A stretch of DNA of 64,000 nucleotides, taken from Xylographa opegraphella (lineage: Eukaryota). The DNA lies in assembly GCA_022813865.1 (NCBI GenBank), contig JALDZX010000020.1, positions 186,001 through 250,000 on the forward strand. The letters run 5' to 3'. A program made the translations under genes and the position numbers. Within the stretch, counting starts at the first letter, position 1, and every line of letters begins with the position of its first letter. Below are positions 22,511-36,108 of the stretch, one piece after another. The notes under the pieces were generated by a model. That model saw only the letters and a program-made list of their open reading frames with translations. It ran no database searches and was not told the DNA's origin.

Positions 22511-25396
22511 TCAAAGCACCTCGTCGTCCATACCCGTGAGCCTTTTCTCAGCCAGTTTCCTGATCTTATCTTCCAATACATTTCGACCGTACCTGCCCGC
22601 AACCTTTCCGGCAGCCTCGATCATTTTCCCTGTTGGATCTTTCATTAAGCTCACGATTTCCAATGCCTTCATGCCGCGTTCCTCGCCTTCTCTACACTCT
22701 ACATTTAAGAGCTGAAGAAGGACTTTGTCGACTTCTATCTCTTGTCGAGTGAGATCCACCCGTTGAGTATGGGTCGCTGTGGTGGAAGCAAGAAGATCTT
22801 CCATAAGACTCAAACTCAACGAATTGCGAACAAAGGACTCCTCCAGTCGTGATCCATCGTTTGGTGGTGCATCTTCTACGTCTTCTTTCCTGGGCTCAGC
22901 ACCTGCAATCGGAATCTTGAAGTCAAACTCGCTAAGAAGAGGCCGAGGGAAGTAAGGATATTTGTCTCCACCTTTCAGGATAATGCAGTGAAACTTGTCC
23001 TGAGCAACTGCTACTGGCCAATATGTTTCTTCCTTTTTGCCACTTGCTAGACGATCCAGGAGTTTCGTATCTAGAAGAGGAACCCACCGAGCTTGCCCCG
23101 GTGTGCGCCAGTGCTGAAGAACGAGAAGTACACCAGTAGAGTCGTAAATACAAGGATCCCCGGTATCCGAAAAAAATACGCTTTTGATTTCCGTATCATC
23201 TTCTAAAGCTACAACATCTTCGCTTTGGCAAACTTCGTCACGCCGAACGTTCTCGATTGTGTAGAGCAGTTTGGTTGATCCATCCGCACCCACAGGACCA
23301 TTGCCCATAGTCAGGATATAATCTCGCCACGAAGCACATGTAACAGTTGGTGATGATTTTTGACGGTGCACGCGGAAAGGAGTGCCGTACAGAGTGTATA
23401 CCCGGACGTAGTTCGTGTTGGTGGTTACGATGATATACGAGTCGCTTAATGATATGGCTAGCAATTACGTTAGGTTTGTACCGCACACAATTGGATGTGT
23501 GAGAGACTTGCAAGTAACGTCCTCGCCTGCAGGCAGCTGGGTACGCCAGTCTGACCTGACGGTCCAGGTTTCGTGAGGGCGGTAGAAAACTATGGCCGGA
23601 TTACCATTCACAGGAGGACAAGAAAATAATGCACCGTTGTCGTCTGAACATTGTTAGCAGCGTCGATGTCTTCGGAGATTATGAGCATACTTAGACAAGC
23701 CTTGTCATACAAGTATGGATCAGTAAAGTGAAAGTCGCGATGGTACTCTCGATCGTAAAATTCGACCGTCACGGTATGATGCGTATCTTGATCCACTGTC
23801 CATACAAAGCCAACTAGGTTGAGACCTCGATGCTGTCAGCATTTACGGCAGATTCCTCTATTCGGTCATACTAACAGAGATATTTCCTATTTCCTCGCCA
23901 AGGCGTACTTCCAGGTTGAAAAGACGAATGAATTCGAGGCTTCCAAGTCTGATATGTTGCCCTTCTTTTTGTATCAACAACATCGATATCACCAAAATGG
24001 CCGTTACTACGTTTGCCGAAACCATTAACGCCCAAGGCATATCCGGCACCATCATCATCGATCACGAAGTCGTCCTCCTCACGCCCTTCGCCTTCAGATC
24101 CCAAAATCTCGTCTAGACTGTCAGGGGTTCCCCTCCGTCTAGTGCGGGTCTCCGGGATATCTTTCGCACCACTTGTAATCGGTTTGCGAGCATTACCAGA
24201 AACTTCTCCAAGTGGGTCGTGGATGAACGGGGCTGGCTGCAGGGTCTTTTCGAGCAGTGGCGCAAACTCGGGACTTACAAAGTCTGCATAGATGTAGACT
24301 TCGCCATCTGAAGTGGCAAACGAAGCCATGTTTTCATGTGGGTGCCACACTAGATTTATGACATTCGCATAATCATATCTATTTCCTGTTTAGCAAGCGT
24401 TGTTTCGCGCATTGGCAGCACTCGTTACCTCGCAAGAATCTTTTGAGTCTGGGTTTCCCATACAAGTATTTTTCGATCAGCCCCTGCGGTCATGAGTAAC
24501 GCGCCATTTGGTGACCATGTAAGTGCTGTTACATCTCCCATATGGCCTCCAGAAAAGGTTCTCTGTCTTTCTCCGTCACCTCTCGAGACCACGGCAATAT
24601 CCCTTGTACTGGTTGGTGCAGCAAAGGCGCGTCCATCTGGATGCCAGATTGCTTTTGAACTCGCTTCTGCGTCAGTCTCAACTGCTCTGATCAAGCCATC
24701 AACTTTCCTCTCCAATTCAGGTTCCTCTGTGCTTAAACTGTATATGTAAACAATGCCATCCGTACAAGAGGCCGCCAGATATGAGCCGCTTGGATCAAAG
24801 GAGAGATGTTTGGTCGGCTTTGGTTGGTGACGCAGGAAAAGTATCCTATCCGAGTCACGCGTATTGACAATCTTAACTGTGAGTTCGCTGGGAGAGTTTA
24901 GCCTCAACGACGAGCGCCTGGTGAATTCGACTCACTCGCTAGCAACAGCCGCCCAAAGACCGTCGGGCGAAAGGGCGATGTCTCGAATTGGTAAGGAGCA
25001 TCTTGTGAGCATTTTTTCGTACTGATTCGTTTCAAGCGAATATATGCAGACAGTACCATCCTCAGATCCGGTAATGAAGAATTCATTCTTGTAGTTGTAA
25101 GCGATTACATATCAGCTGCGCCATAGCTACTCTACTTACTGACGCAGCTACTGCGGTGTTGTTCTCTTGGCAGTCATCGATATTTGTCGGCTCCCCGTCG
25201 GAACCGATAGTGTAGACTCGAATGACATTGTTCGATCCAGCTGTAACAAGCTTCCGGCCATTGGGCGTGTAAGTCAGAAAGGTAGGGCCAGCAGGATCTA
25301 GCAGTAAACAGTCAACGTTATAGGTTCAATTTCTCACAAAGATAGATTCTTACGTGCCGGCCGACCCCTGAGTCTATGTTGCGTGACCGTAGTCAT
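22511..25396 (-). CDS. CTF4: Replisome hub Ctf4/Mcl1/SepB (WD40 + SepB domain)
   Basis: N-terminal WD40 repeats; FQPGSTPWRGNRKYLC; HHTVTVEFYDRE; FYRPHETW; WVPLLDT; YWPVAVA; YPYFPRP. Confidence 0.95.
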
Positions 25397-25466
25397 AGTA
25401 TGCTTGCGTTGATGTCTTTGTGATAATTGTTGAAGACCACTCTTCAACTCCAAACAGGTAGAGGAC

Positions 25467-25513
25467 ACGCGAGACAGGGAGACGCGTTTAAGTGCTCTAT
25501 TTCGTGAACGCGG
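25467..25513. promoter_or_regulatory. MCB/SCB-like G1/S cell-cycle elements upstream of CTF4
   Basis: ACGCGA (25467-72), ACGCGT (25482-87), TTTCGTG = CACGAAA reverse (25500-06) and ACGCGG (25508-13), clustered 70-120 bp 5' of the CTF4 ATG. Confidence 0.6.
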
Positions 25514-25972
25514 ATCCCTGCTTTGGACCGAGGGACTAGGATATCCTAGGGCTAGCTCTAGATCAAACCTAAGGCTAACTTTTTCTGGTGTCGAGGTTTC
25601 GTGCAACAAACATCCTCATCCTGCACTATTGTTATAGAACTCGGTGCTCTATGCGGTATCTATGTCGCTTTTTAAGCCTAGTAGCCTTGCGTATATGCAC
25701 CTTTCGCGCACCGAGAGCCTAATGCATATTATGTTACAACATATACGAGCAACCCCTCGTGCTACGATAAGTTTGCGCCACAGAGCCTTCCGTCGCTCTG
25801 CCAAAATAGATGCATTACTTTTCAAGTCACAATGTCTTTTGCCGTGGCTTCGGCTCCATCATCGTCGTTGAAGCCTTTCAATATTGTGCCGCCTTTGCCC
25901 AGGAATATGCAATCCTGCAGCTACAATGTTGAACGTATTGTTTTTACATTTTAAGCCGGTTTTGCTTGCTAT

Positions 25973-28397
25973 TCACAATCCCCACTCCTCCACCACAGCC
26001 CTTCTCGCCACCAACAAGCGCTCCCCTTTCCTTTTCCCCTCTCCGCCCCCAACGAAAACCAGACTTCGCGCCAAATCTCCCACCTCTCCTATCCCATTGC
26101 GGCCCGGTTCTTTCGCTCCTGTCCTCGGGCTTCGCTCGTTGCCTTCCCAACCATTACCCTCCTGCAGCCGGTCCATATCATCCCCTTCTTCATAACGCTC
26201 CCGGCCCCAAGCCCTCTCCTTCCCCGTCCACCCATCCCAAATTTTTACTTCGCCCTCATCCGTCGCCGCCGCCACCAGTCCCATCACATTCGAGACATCG
26301 AAGCCGAGATTCCCGTGTGCAGAATTGCGGTAGCTGGGGTACTCGATATATGGGGCCGTAGCGGCTGGCACGCGTGAGTGGCTGTGATATAAGCCCGAGG
26401 ACGTACGGGTGTGATTCTGCCACATGGTGGTGGGCAAGGAACGGAGGAAGCGGAAATCGTAAGTGAGGAGCTGGCAGAGGTTTTAGCTTATATAGATGAT
26501 CATGGAGGGTAATGATGGATGTGAATCATGATTAGAGTGAGTGTGTACGCCGAGCGAACTGCTCCTCATAGCAGGCCAACGTGGGGCATAAAATAGCCGG
26601 GATGTCACCTGGTATGGAAAGCCTTCTTGTCTCACCTGATTGTTCATCCCTGAGACCACTACTCTATAGTCATCTAGCATCCCCAAGCCCGTTACGGGAC
26701 TCGGGTGTCGCAGCAGCCGCTCTACGGCCGGGACACGCTGGTCGGATTGGTAAACCGAGCCCTTTCGTGTCCCACCAAGGAGTACGTGTGTTGAGGACCA
26801 GCGCACGGCTAGTATATCGTTACGCTCCTTCATTGAGCCAAGTGACCATTGTTCGCTGGACAATGACAACATGCACATACCTGCCGAGGTTCCCAGTCCA
26901 ACAATGGAACTGCGGCTGCAGTCAGAGGACCAGATAGTGTTTTTGTACCTCTCGGTCAGGATTTGTTGGACTTCTATGTCTTTAAGATTAGCCTGAACGG
27001 AGGGCATGGGTAGGCTAGGAAAAGGTACCGCTGTCGACGATGGGGTAGGTAGAGTCGGCAATAGTCTCTGGAGGCAGTATGGTATTGATGTGAAGAGTGC
27101 CATCGAGGGTTGTGGAGCAGAGCTTGCGGTCAGGGCTAAGGCAGAGCGAAGAGATCTGGCAGGGCTTAGTCAGTACGTTGTCGCCTTCCAGAAAGGGAAG
27201 ACACCTCTTGCCTCAGTGTTCTGTCGGCAGAGAAGCGATCTGCGAGAAGATATGGGGTACTCGTCCTCGTGCAGATGTGATTGACGCGGAGGCCACGATC
27301 TGTCGGCTCGGTTTTCAGCGGAAGCTGTGAAAATCATATCATTAGACAACGAGGCATAACGCACTGGACAAAGGATAGTGTTCCGCCATTGGATTGCATT
27401 GAACAGTGATAACCCTCAAAAATGGTGCCTGTGGCTTCATCTTTCACAACAGCGGTTACTACATAGTCGTCTTCAGAGTAGGGCAGCATTCCAATTGGCC
27501 TACGCTGAGGTTCCTCCTTCGTACGAAGATCCAGAAACTGCCGTCTCGTCCCGTATTGAGTCCAGATGCTACCCGAATTGACTCGAAATTGAGGCGACAG
27601 AAGGCCGGTCTGGCGGTTGAGTACCAAGGAAGCATAGGGATCTTTTAGAATGGAGGCGCGTTTCAGCTGTGTTCGGGCTCGGAGCTCCCGTCTGGCGGCC
27701 CGATTGGCTTCAGCCTGTTCAACAAAGGCACATACATATCAGCACCTGCGTAGAGGATATTGTGGATAATGCTATAAGTGATAAGATAGTATTCCGTCAT
27801 CTCAGGATGCGGTTGTACACAGAAATAGAAAAATGACATTATGCACACGCACAGCTGTTGAAATGTCTGAAAAGGCAATAGGAGCTTCTTGAGATAAGAA
27901 AGTGAACAGAGGTTGCTGAACGAACTGGCAAGTTCTCAACACTGCAGGCAATTGAAGAGCGTAGCAAAAGCGGGCCAGCCAATAAGATCACATATATGCT
28001 TTTAGGAATGGTGTCCACCACACCCTGACCAAACAGAATTGAATATTCTCACTGTAGCACGAAGGCAAAGCAGTAAAAAGGGCTCTCGGCTCTAAGTCCA
28101 CCAGTTGCAAAAAAGAAAGAACAGGAACTCACCGCATCCTCCGCCTTCCTCCTTCTCACCCCGTCCCTCGAATGACTAGCCCCCTGAGGCGCGACATGGT
28201 TTGGTAGTACCTTGAAGTACTTGCCCCTAGCGTCATCTACAGCAGTTGAACATCAGCATTCAGACGCTTAAAAAATATACGGGAGTTTGCATTTCCTCGA
28301 GCTCGTCTCTCAATTTATTACGTATGGTTATGAGACAGAAGCAGATCATCTAGAAAGACTTACCGTACCAGAAGCCCGGAATCTCACCTCTGGACAT
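25973..28397 (-). CDS. WD40 protein, DCAF4/WDR21-like (putative Cul4-DDB1 substrate receptor), multi-exon
   Basis: N-terminus MSRGEIPGFWY|DDARGKYFKVL; WD-like repeats with DxR endings (YQSDQR, TYDFR); LVAAATDEGEVKIWD. Some internal exon boundaries are uncertain. Confidence 0.65.
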
Positions 28398-29010
28398 CCC
28401 GCGGCTGTCTAATCTCTGGTTCAATTGAAGGGAAGGGAAGCAGGATCGGATATTGTAACAGTCGTCAAAACCTCTCTTCGCTCAGGGTTGACTGGACGGA
28501 GAGTTGCAGGATGTCAATGATGGATTCACTCTATTCTTAGAAAGTCGTACTATCACGGCCGCGCATCCTTATCAAGACATATGCTGCAAGTCTCTTACAC
28601 TTTCCTGCCAGACAACAAAGTTTAAGAACTTCAAGGGTCGAGGCGATAACTAGAAGCCAAGACTTTCGGATCCATCAGAGTAGATTTATGCACATTCTAT
28701 CGGATACTTCTACGCAGAGTGCACTTCCACACTTGCCTCCCTCCCCAAGATATACCGGCCATTTGCATACATTAGATTATTACGCAACAGACGACTTCTC
28801 CCTCCGACTCAGGAATAAAAACAGAGCGGTCGTCCACCGGGGCATTAGGAGCGCAATCGTGGTGAGCCAGCGCTGGGGTATCATCAAAAAGCCAAACCCG
28901 AACTATTAACCATAAACCCCTAGTCCTTTTGTTTATCCATATACGTCCCATCCACGATCTATGCTGCGATGTCTGTTATTTCTCATCAAAAGTACGTGGT
29001 TGAGAATCGT

Positions 29011-32000
29011 CTAGGCGCTCTTTTCGTGTTGAGTGGATACTCGTTGCAACGATACAACTGCAAATGGTCAGCTTATGATTGATGAAATAAGATCATTTGA
29101 TATACCAAAATCTTCCATTGTCCGCTTTGCTTGGTTTTTCTTTGGTGATTTTCCATGCATAAGAGAATCGAATCCACTTGAGCCCTGAAGCAGATAGTAC
29201 ACTCCACCAAGCACACAGAAGACACCGAACGAGAAAATCCAGATGCGAACCACCGCAACAATAGACGTTCTGGTGCCTTCAACAAAGAATCCGAACAAGC
29301 AGAAGAAAGTGGCCACAATATCCACAACCAGAATGGCTCCTGTCAATTGCCACGATGGAATCGAATTCCAAAAAGGTCCATCCGCACGGGTGATGAAGAT
29401 GAGCCAGTTCTCCGAAAGGGAGATCTGTAAAAACAAGACTTCATCACGTACACCGAAGTTCTGCACGATACCACCATCCGTTTGTTGATTGCCATTCACT
29501 CCAGCAGCGAGTAAGGTCGTCAGGGCAATCCAGGTACCCAACGCTAGGACTATCCCAAGGAGAACAGACATGCCCCAGAGTCTAGGCAGGTTCCATTTGA
29601 CAGGAGTTTTGGAGAATGGCGCGTTGTCATAGGCAATGGCCAGAGTAGCAATATCCGCGAAAATAGCGATGAAGACGACCAATTCAATATTCAAGCTTTG
29701 GTTGAGAATAGCAATCCACAATCCCAAGAAGATCTCCAGATGCAGCGAAAGGGCAATGCGGTACACTACATACGCGTACATCCGGTGGAATATTTGGCGC
29801 GAAGTCTTAAGGGCATCTATGATGGCGGAGAGACCGGGTGCCAAGAATACGATATCAGCCGCCGAACGGGCAGCATCAGAAGCGCCTTCGACAGCAATTC
29901 CTGTATCGGCCTTCTTGAGAGAGGGGGCGTCATTGACACCGTCACCAGTCATCGCGACAAGGTACCCACGTTGTTGTAGTATCTCGACGACGTTGTACTT
30001 GTGCTGCGGGAACACCTCGGCAAAGCCGTCGGCAGCCTCAACAAAGTCGTAAACCTCGGAACCAGGCATAGTCCCTCCTCCACTTAGACCGAGTCGTTCA
30101 GCGTTATAGACATTGGTTCCCAGACCAAGCTGGCGAGACGTTTCACGAGCAATACCAACAGCGTCACCAGTCAACATTTTGATTGATAAACCAAGGGTTT
30201 TGGCCTCGTTGATGGTTTTAGCAGTATCGTAGCGTGGGGGATCCATACAAGGCATTATTCCTAGGATTTCCCATTCACCTCCACCACGTTTTCGAGCAAC
30301 ACCGAGCGAGCGGTATCCACGCGTGGCAAAGTCTGCAACTTTGTTCTTGTATGCCTGATCGATGTCCTCAGGAACCGGATGATCTTCTGCGACGGTCTTC
30401 AGTACAAAGAGCGGAGCACCCTTGACACACACGATTTGTTCGCCATCGGGAGACTCCACGGTGGCGGATACCTTTTTAGAGACAGGATCAAATGGTGTAA
30501 AGCTGATAACCTTGTACTTGGATAGGACATTCTTAGCAGCTGGATAGAATCGAAGAGCTTTAAGAAAGGCCTTATCGATAGCATCGATACCTTTCTTTTT
30601 GCGAGAAGCAGCAAGACATGCAGTAAGCATAAGATCAGCTGGTTCAACGCCAGAAACACAAAAAGGTTCGGCTAGAGTTAGCTTATTCTTAGTTAATGTA
30701 CCAGTTTTATCGGAGCAGAGTATTTCTACCCCCGCCAATGATTCGATCGCGGATAGCTTCTGCACAATGGCTTTCTTTTTAGCCAAATATGCAGCGCCGA
30801 CGGCCATGGTGGTAGTAACAACGGCCGGAAGACCAACCGGCACTCCAATAACGGTAATTGCTAGAGTAAACTCAAGGATATCGACAATGCCATTAGAACG
30901 ATAGAAGGAGGAGATCCATACTACGAGTAAAGTCAAGATGACAAGTACAAGGAGTGTTGTGCCAATGCCATGTAGGACTTGTGTAAAATGACCAGTTCCA
31001 CTAGCCGCGGTGCTTACCAGCGCAGCTGCTCGACCGACGAAAGTCCGATCACCGGTATGAGTAATGACAAGGAATGATTCTCCACGTTTTACGGCAGAAG
31101 ATGCGTAAATGGTATCATGCTTGTGTTTCTCCACCGCCAATGACTCCCCCGTAAGTGCAGATTGATCAACTTGGAGATAAGCATCATCGGTGACAATGCG
31201 GCCATCCGCAGGTATTATGCTTCCCTAATTTAGGATTGTTAGTGAGCTCATTCAATCGACAACAAAGACTTCAAACATACTTCTTCGACCTGTATGATAT
31301 CGCCAGGCACAAGTTCTGGGGCAGCAAGCTCCCCGAGTTTTCCATTCCGAAGACAGATCGCTTGAAGAGCCAAGGTCTTTTTCAGTTCATCGACGATAGA
31401 GCCAGCTTGAAATTCTTGTATGAATCCCACAGCAGCGTTGAGAAGTAGTAAGGCGCAGATGACGCCGAAATCTACCCAATCTTGTAAACCAGCAGCGAGT
31501 ACAGCGGCAGCCTTGAAAACTAACGTCAGCAAAAGCTTACGTGCATCGTTTTTAATGTCAATGAACAACAAGAGAGATATACACTCCGCTTTGCTTTCTC
31601 AGTTGAGCAGGAACAAGATAGAACATATTGTGGCCTTGAGAGCTTACCTCCATGACGAACTGAATAGGCCCCACGAAATACCCGAGAAATTTGAGAATAA
31701 GATTTTCCTTCTCCTCCTTCATTTGATTCATGCCGAACTTCTTTCTTCGCACAAGGACCTCGGCGTCCGTCAAGCCAGTACGACGGCTTGTGTTCAGGAA
31801 GTCTTCCGAGATAGGCGGAGTTTCCCCAACACCAACTTCATCTTCTATCAGCTCTTCTTCTTGCCCATCCTGAGATTCAAGATCATCGATCAATGCATCA
31901 ATATCCTCATCTTCCTCTTCGTCCTCGTGAAGCTCATGAGGCTGGAGAGCGGTGACGGCTGGGAGCTCATGTTTTTCAGAGTTGTTATGACTATCGAAAT

Positions 32001-32118
32001 GATGAGGAGGAAGAGTTGAACCTAGGTGGTTGGGGATCTTGCCGTCGGAGCTGCTTGTCGATGATTGTTCCCCGCCGTAGTGATAGGAATCCGACATCTC
32101 CGGGTGAACGTTCGCCAT
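29011..32118 (-). CDS. PMA1: Plasma-membrane P-type H+-ATPase
   Basis: [53 protein letters not shown]; regulatory tail [19 protein letters not shown]. Confidence 0.97.
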
Positions 32119-33451
32119 GGTTATATATGGTCTAGTCCTATGAATGCAAATGAATGATCCCAAATAGATGCAGTGACCAAGAAGATAAAGGTACCGGCGA
32201 CGATCCGCTCACGAAGAGAACTTCCTGAGGGAGATATGTTTGTGAGCGTCGTGAGGTGGGAAGGGTATTCGAGCTATTGTTTTGCTTAATCTTGCCGAGC
32301 TAACTTAGAAGAAAGAGCTACCTAAGGTACTTCGTCACGGGCTCTTTCTGGTTAGGTGGGAATGCAAGTAAACACCCTGGAAGTAGCGGCCGATTTTTGC
32401 GACCGATTTTTGCGACCAATTAATAAAGATTCGAACTCGAGAACAATTATCCCTCCCTCCTGGTAGACTAGTGGAGATGCCGTGAGTTTTTGTTCTCCAC
32501 AGCTTACTGATATAATACTCTGCTTGGACGTCTTGCACATCAGTACTCCGAACCATAGAGCTGGTCAGGCAGGGTTCACTTATATCTTCTCCGGGAACAC
32601 AGGACTCATGAGTGGAGAGTTCCATGCCCTTCCACGTTTGAGGGAATATAATGGCACGATTGAGGCAATTTAATCGTACGTTGGAGGCATTTTAATCGCA
32701 CATTACAGCCCTTTAACGGCAAGTGGCATGATATCACAGTATCTTCAGTACGCTCTATAGACTACGCTCTGGGGCGTCGCAGATAGACCAAGGTGACGGG
32801 TTCCTCCGCCTCCTTGATCCGTATTATAGCCCGGAAGTCGTCATTGAGAGTGTGCAGTGTTGTTTCTACAGCTACTGCAACCTTCTTATCTGGGGTATGA
32901 TTTAGGAGCAAGGCAACCTAACATGTTGTGGTGGTATCAAATAATGATGGCTTTTCTTGACCTTAGCCTCTCCTTGGGCTGCAGACGTCCTGGACAATGT
33001 GAAACAGTTAGATCGAATGGTAGGTTTGTTTTGCTCTATGATACATGCAGCCTTCCTACTTAGGCTGAAAGAGCGCTCTCCAACCCTTCAGAAAACATCA
33101 ATACATGCTTTGAACGGGACGAAGATGCAGTGTACATGTGTTCGAGGATGAACACTGTGGGTCTCGCATTGTGTCTTCTAGAAAAAGAGGTAGGTGCCGG
33201 CCATTTAAACGACTTTGCTTAATCGTGTAAAATCTTGAGCGGCGTCTCCATTCACCACCTTGCGCCAAAAATCCGCTAATATGATAGCACTTTTCAAGAA
33301 CCGTAGTTCTCCCACGATCCTATACCTTGGTTAGCCGGAAAGGCAACCACATAAGAAAAGCCGATGTAAAGTGTTCCGGGTAGCCCATCATAATTCAGTC
33401 GGAGACTAGAGAAGAAAGCAGAATGGCTAGGGATTTAGAACGGGCTATAGC

Positions 33452-36108
33452 TTAATTAGCACCAGGTGGAGGCGGCTGGCTTAGCTGCTGTCCCGGCATT
33501 ACGAAACCCGGTGGGAACATTGGCATTCCGTTCGGAAGCAGAGGAAACTGGAAACCAAAACCTGGCACGGCGGGAGGACCACCAACAGCACTATTGGATA
33601 GCTCAGGCTCATCTCTTCGCTCCGGTGCGCGGAATCGTGATTGGGGAGGTGGAGGATCACGACTTGACCGTGGTCCTTGTTGTCCTCCCTTATCAGTCTG
33701 CATACGTCTGCTGATTGCTAGATGATTGTTAGTGAAGCGCCAATATGGTAAATTGTGGTGATAGTTACCTTTGGAAGACACGCCGGCGCCAATTTCAATG
33801 TCAGGTTCTTCAACCACAAGTCCGCTCTCGATAGGTTTGCCTCCAGTACCACCAAATTCTGCGGTCAGCATCCACTTGCGGTCTGCATCTGTAAGCCGTT
33901 CAATTGGAATAATACTGATGCCGGTCTGGTAGTCGCTGCAGTCACGTGGACCGAAGCCCACACCCCAGCGAGTCTGCAAACGTCAGTCATCGGGTCAAGG
34001 GCTGGAGTAGCAAATTCTAAAAAAATTACCGAACGTACTCTGAGTTGCATGTCAGGCGATTTATAATGCTCCATCCCTTCTTTCGCACGCATAGCTTCGT
34101 CGCGAGTAATCATTTTGACGAAAGCATGGCGTTTGTCCACGTTCACGATGCATGTTTGAACTCTACCGAACGCCAAGAAAATAGCGCGCAGATCATCTTC
34201 AGAAGACCTAAATATTGTCAATACTCTACTCACCAGTTACTGCGTGTGAGTGCTCACGTTACGCCGCCAACGAAAAGTGTTCTACTTAGCACTGTTGAAT
34301 ATATCAGCTTGAAGCCTTAGGGCGAAGACCATGAGGATGTAGCTCACCTTTGATCATACCCTCACCTATCGAAGCATCATACTGAAGCCATTTCGGACCT
34401 GGAGGTGGCAGCGGCTGCTCTGCTCCCCGTCGCGCAGTCGGACTAGGGCTCCTACGGAATCTGTCCGGACTTCGCGCACGGAAGCCATTCCCACGGCCAC
34501 GAGCTGCTCCACCACGGCGGCCATAATCACCGCCTTTGCCATTGCGGTCATTACCGAATTCACCATATACAGGACTATCACGACGACGCGGAGGCGACTC
34601 ACGACCTCTATCCCACCGAGGCGGCGATCGAGATCTCGAGCGGTTTCTATACGCTCGAGGAGGAGAGCGATAATGCTGATCATAACCATTACGGTCACGT
34701 GACGCATCGTCCCTTCCACTACCGAAGGTCCCATATGCTGCTGGAGTGGGAGCCGCAACACTGCCAGCTGCATTGTTGGCCATCAAGACGGCAAGCAGCG
34801 GCGCCCATTGTTCTTGTGGCACATTCTGTGCTCTCAAAGCCTGCAATAATTGCAGCTGCTGCTGTAGTACTTCCGGTGATACGCCATTTGCTTGAGGCAT
34901 CATACTTTGAGGTGTCGCCTGTACATTTGATAGTCCATTGGACGGGGTTGGGACAAAACTCTGTGGAGCAGGATTCATTCCTGGGTACGAGAATACACCA
35001 TTGAGATTCTGTGCACCCGGCACATTTACATGTGCAGCAGCCGCCACAGAAGAATTTGGATTTACGGACGAAATATTCGAGAACGTATTTTGCGGAAATG
35101 TTACATTGCTTGAGCTACCCTGAGCCGTATTTCCTGGCACTGTTGGCCCAGTTGGATTCTGCTTTGCCATGTTTGCTAGAGCTTGCAGGTTTGCAAGTAT
35201 TGCGGAGGTTTCTGCTGCCGGTCCTGCCGTATTGCTGTGCGGCGGATTCACGGAGACGAAATCTTGCGGCGGTGTCCCCACTGGAGTAGTTGATTGCATG
35301 GCTACATAAAACATATTGTATCAGAAGCTTTAATTACGCAAAACACGACGTTTTTCTCCAGACTGCAAATTAGGGGATTGGAAATTCTTACCATTCGAGA
35401 TCGGAGCACTAAGCTTGTCCTTGAAGTTCGAGAGCATTGCGGGGGGAAAGGTATTGCCACGCTCCCATATGTCAATGAGCTTCTTTATCTTAACCTAAGA
35501 TGCATAAAATACGTGAGTTTCAGAATACAGGAGGTACGGAATACGCGAAAGAAAGTTCTCTAGAGCTTGCACCGGGTATACAAAGCATTCGTACGAGCTC
35601 ACCCGCAGTCATACAATCTAGTGTGACTATCGTGTTATGCATCAGTTTTTCTAGAAAGCGTACCTTTTGTTCTTCGGGGCAAGTGTTCAAAATATCTGTC
35701 ATAAAGGAAGGTAGTAGTTCAGTCACATGGTTGACACCTGCTGCAAATGTCCCATCGGCAGCTCCTGGTCTTGGTATTTGCCCAGCCTTCCGTGCTTGAT
35801 CTAACCACTGCCGTGTCACTGAATCTACTACGTACAAAACGCCAAGCTTGTGGGTTCCGGGTGCTTTTTTGAAGTGTGTATAAATCTTTTGGATAAGAAC
35901 CGTTTCGGACTATTCAAGGTGAACTTGTTAGCACATCGTCCACAAGTGCTGGGTCGTCCGACACGAAGGTAGAAGAACACTAGCATACCTGGACGTTGGC
36001 ATTGCAGAGTTGCGTTATGCTTGTGATTTTCGTGTTGTTGACACCTGGTGCCTTGAGATCCAGCATGGACTGGAGTATACCATCTAACTCCGCTACAACA
36101 GAAGACAT
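33452..36108 (-). CDS. NRD1: RNA polymerase II CTD-interacting RNA-binding protein (Nrd1/Seb1/NrdA)
   Basis: N-terminal CID (HKLGVLYVVDSVTRQW, KLIDIWER); RS-rich region; RRM (LSRTLFVGGV, VQTCIVNVDKRHAFVKM, RWGVGFGPRDCSDYQTGIS). Confidence 0.93.
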
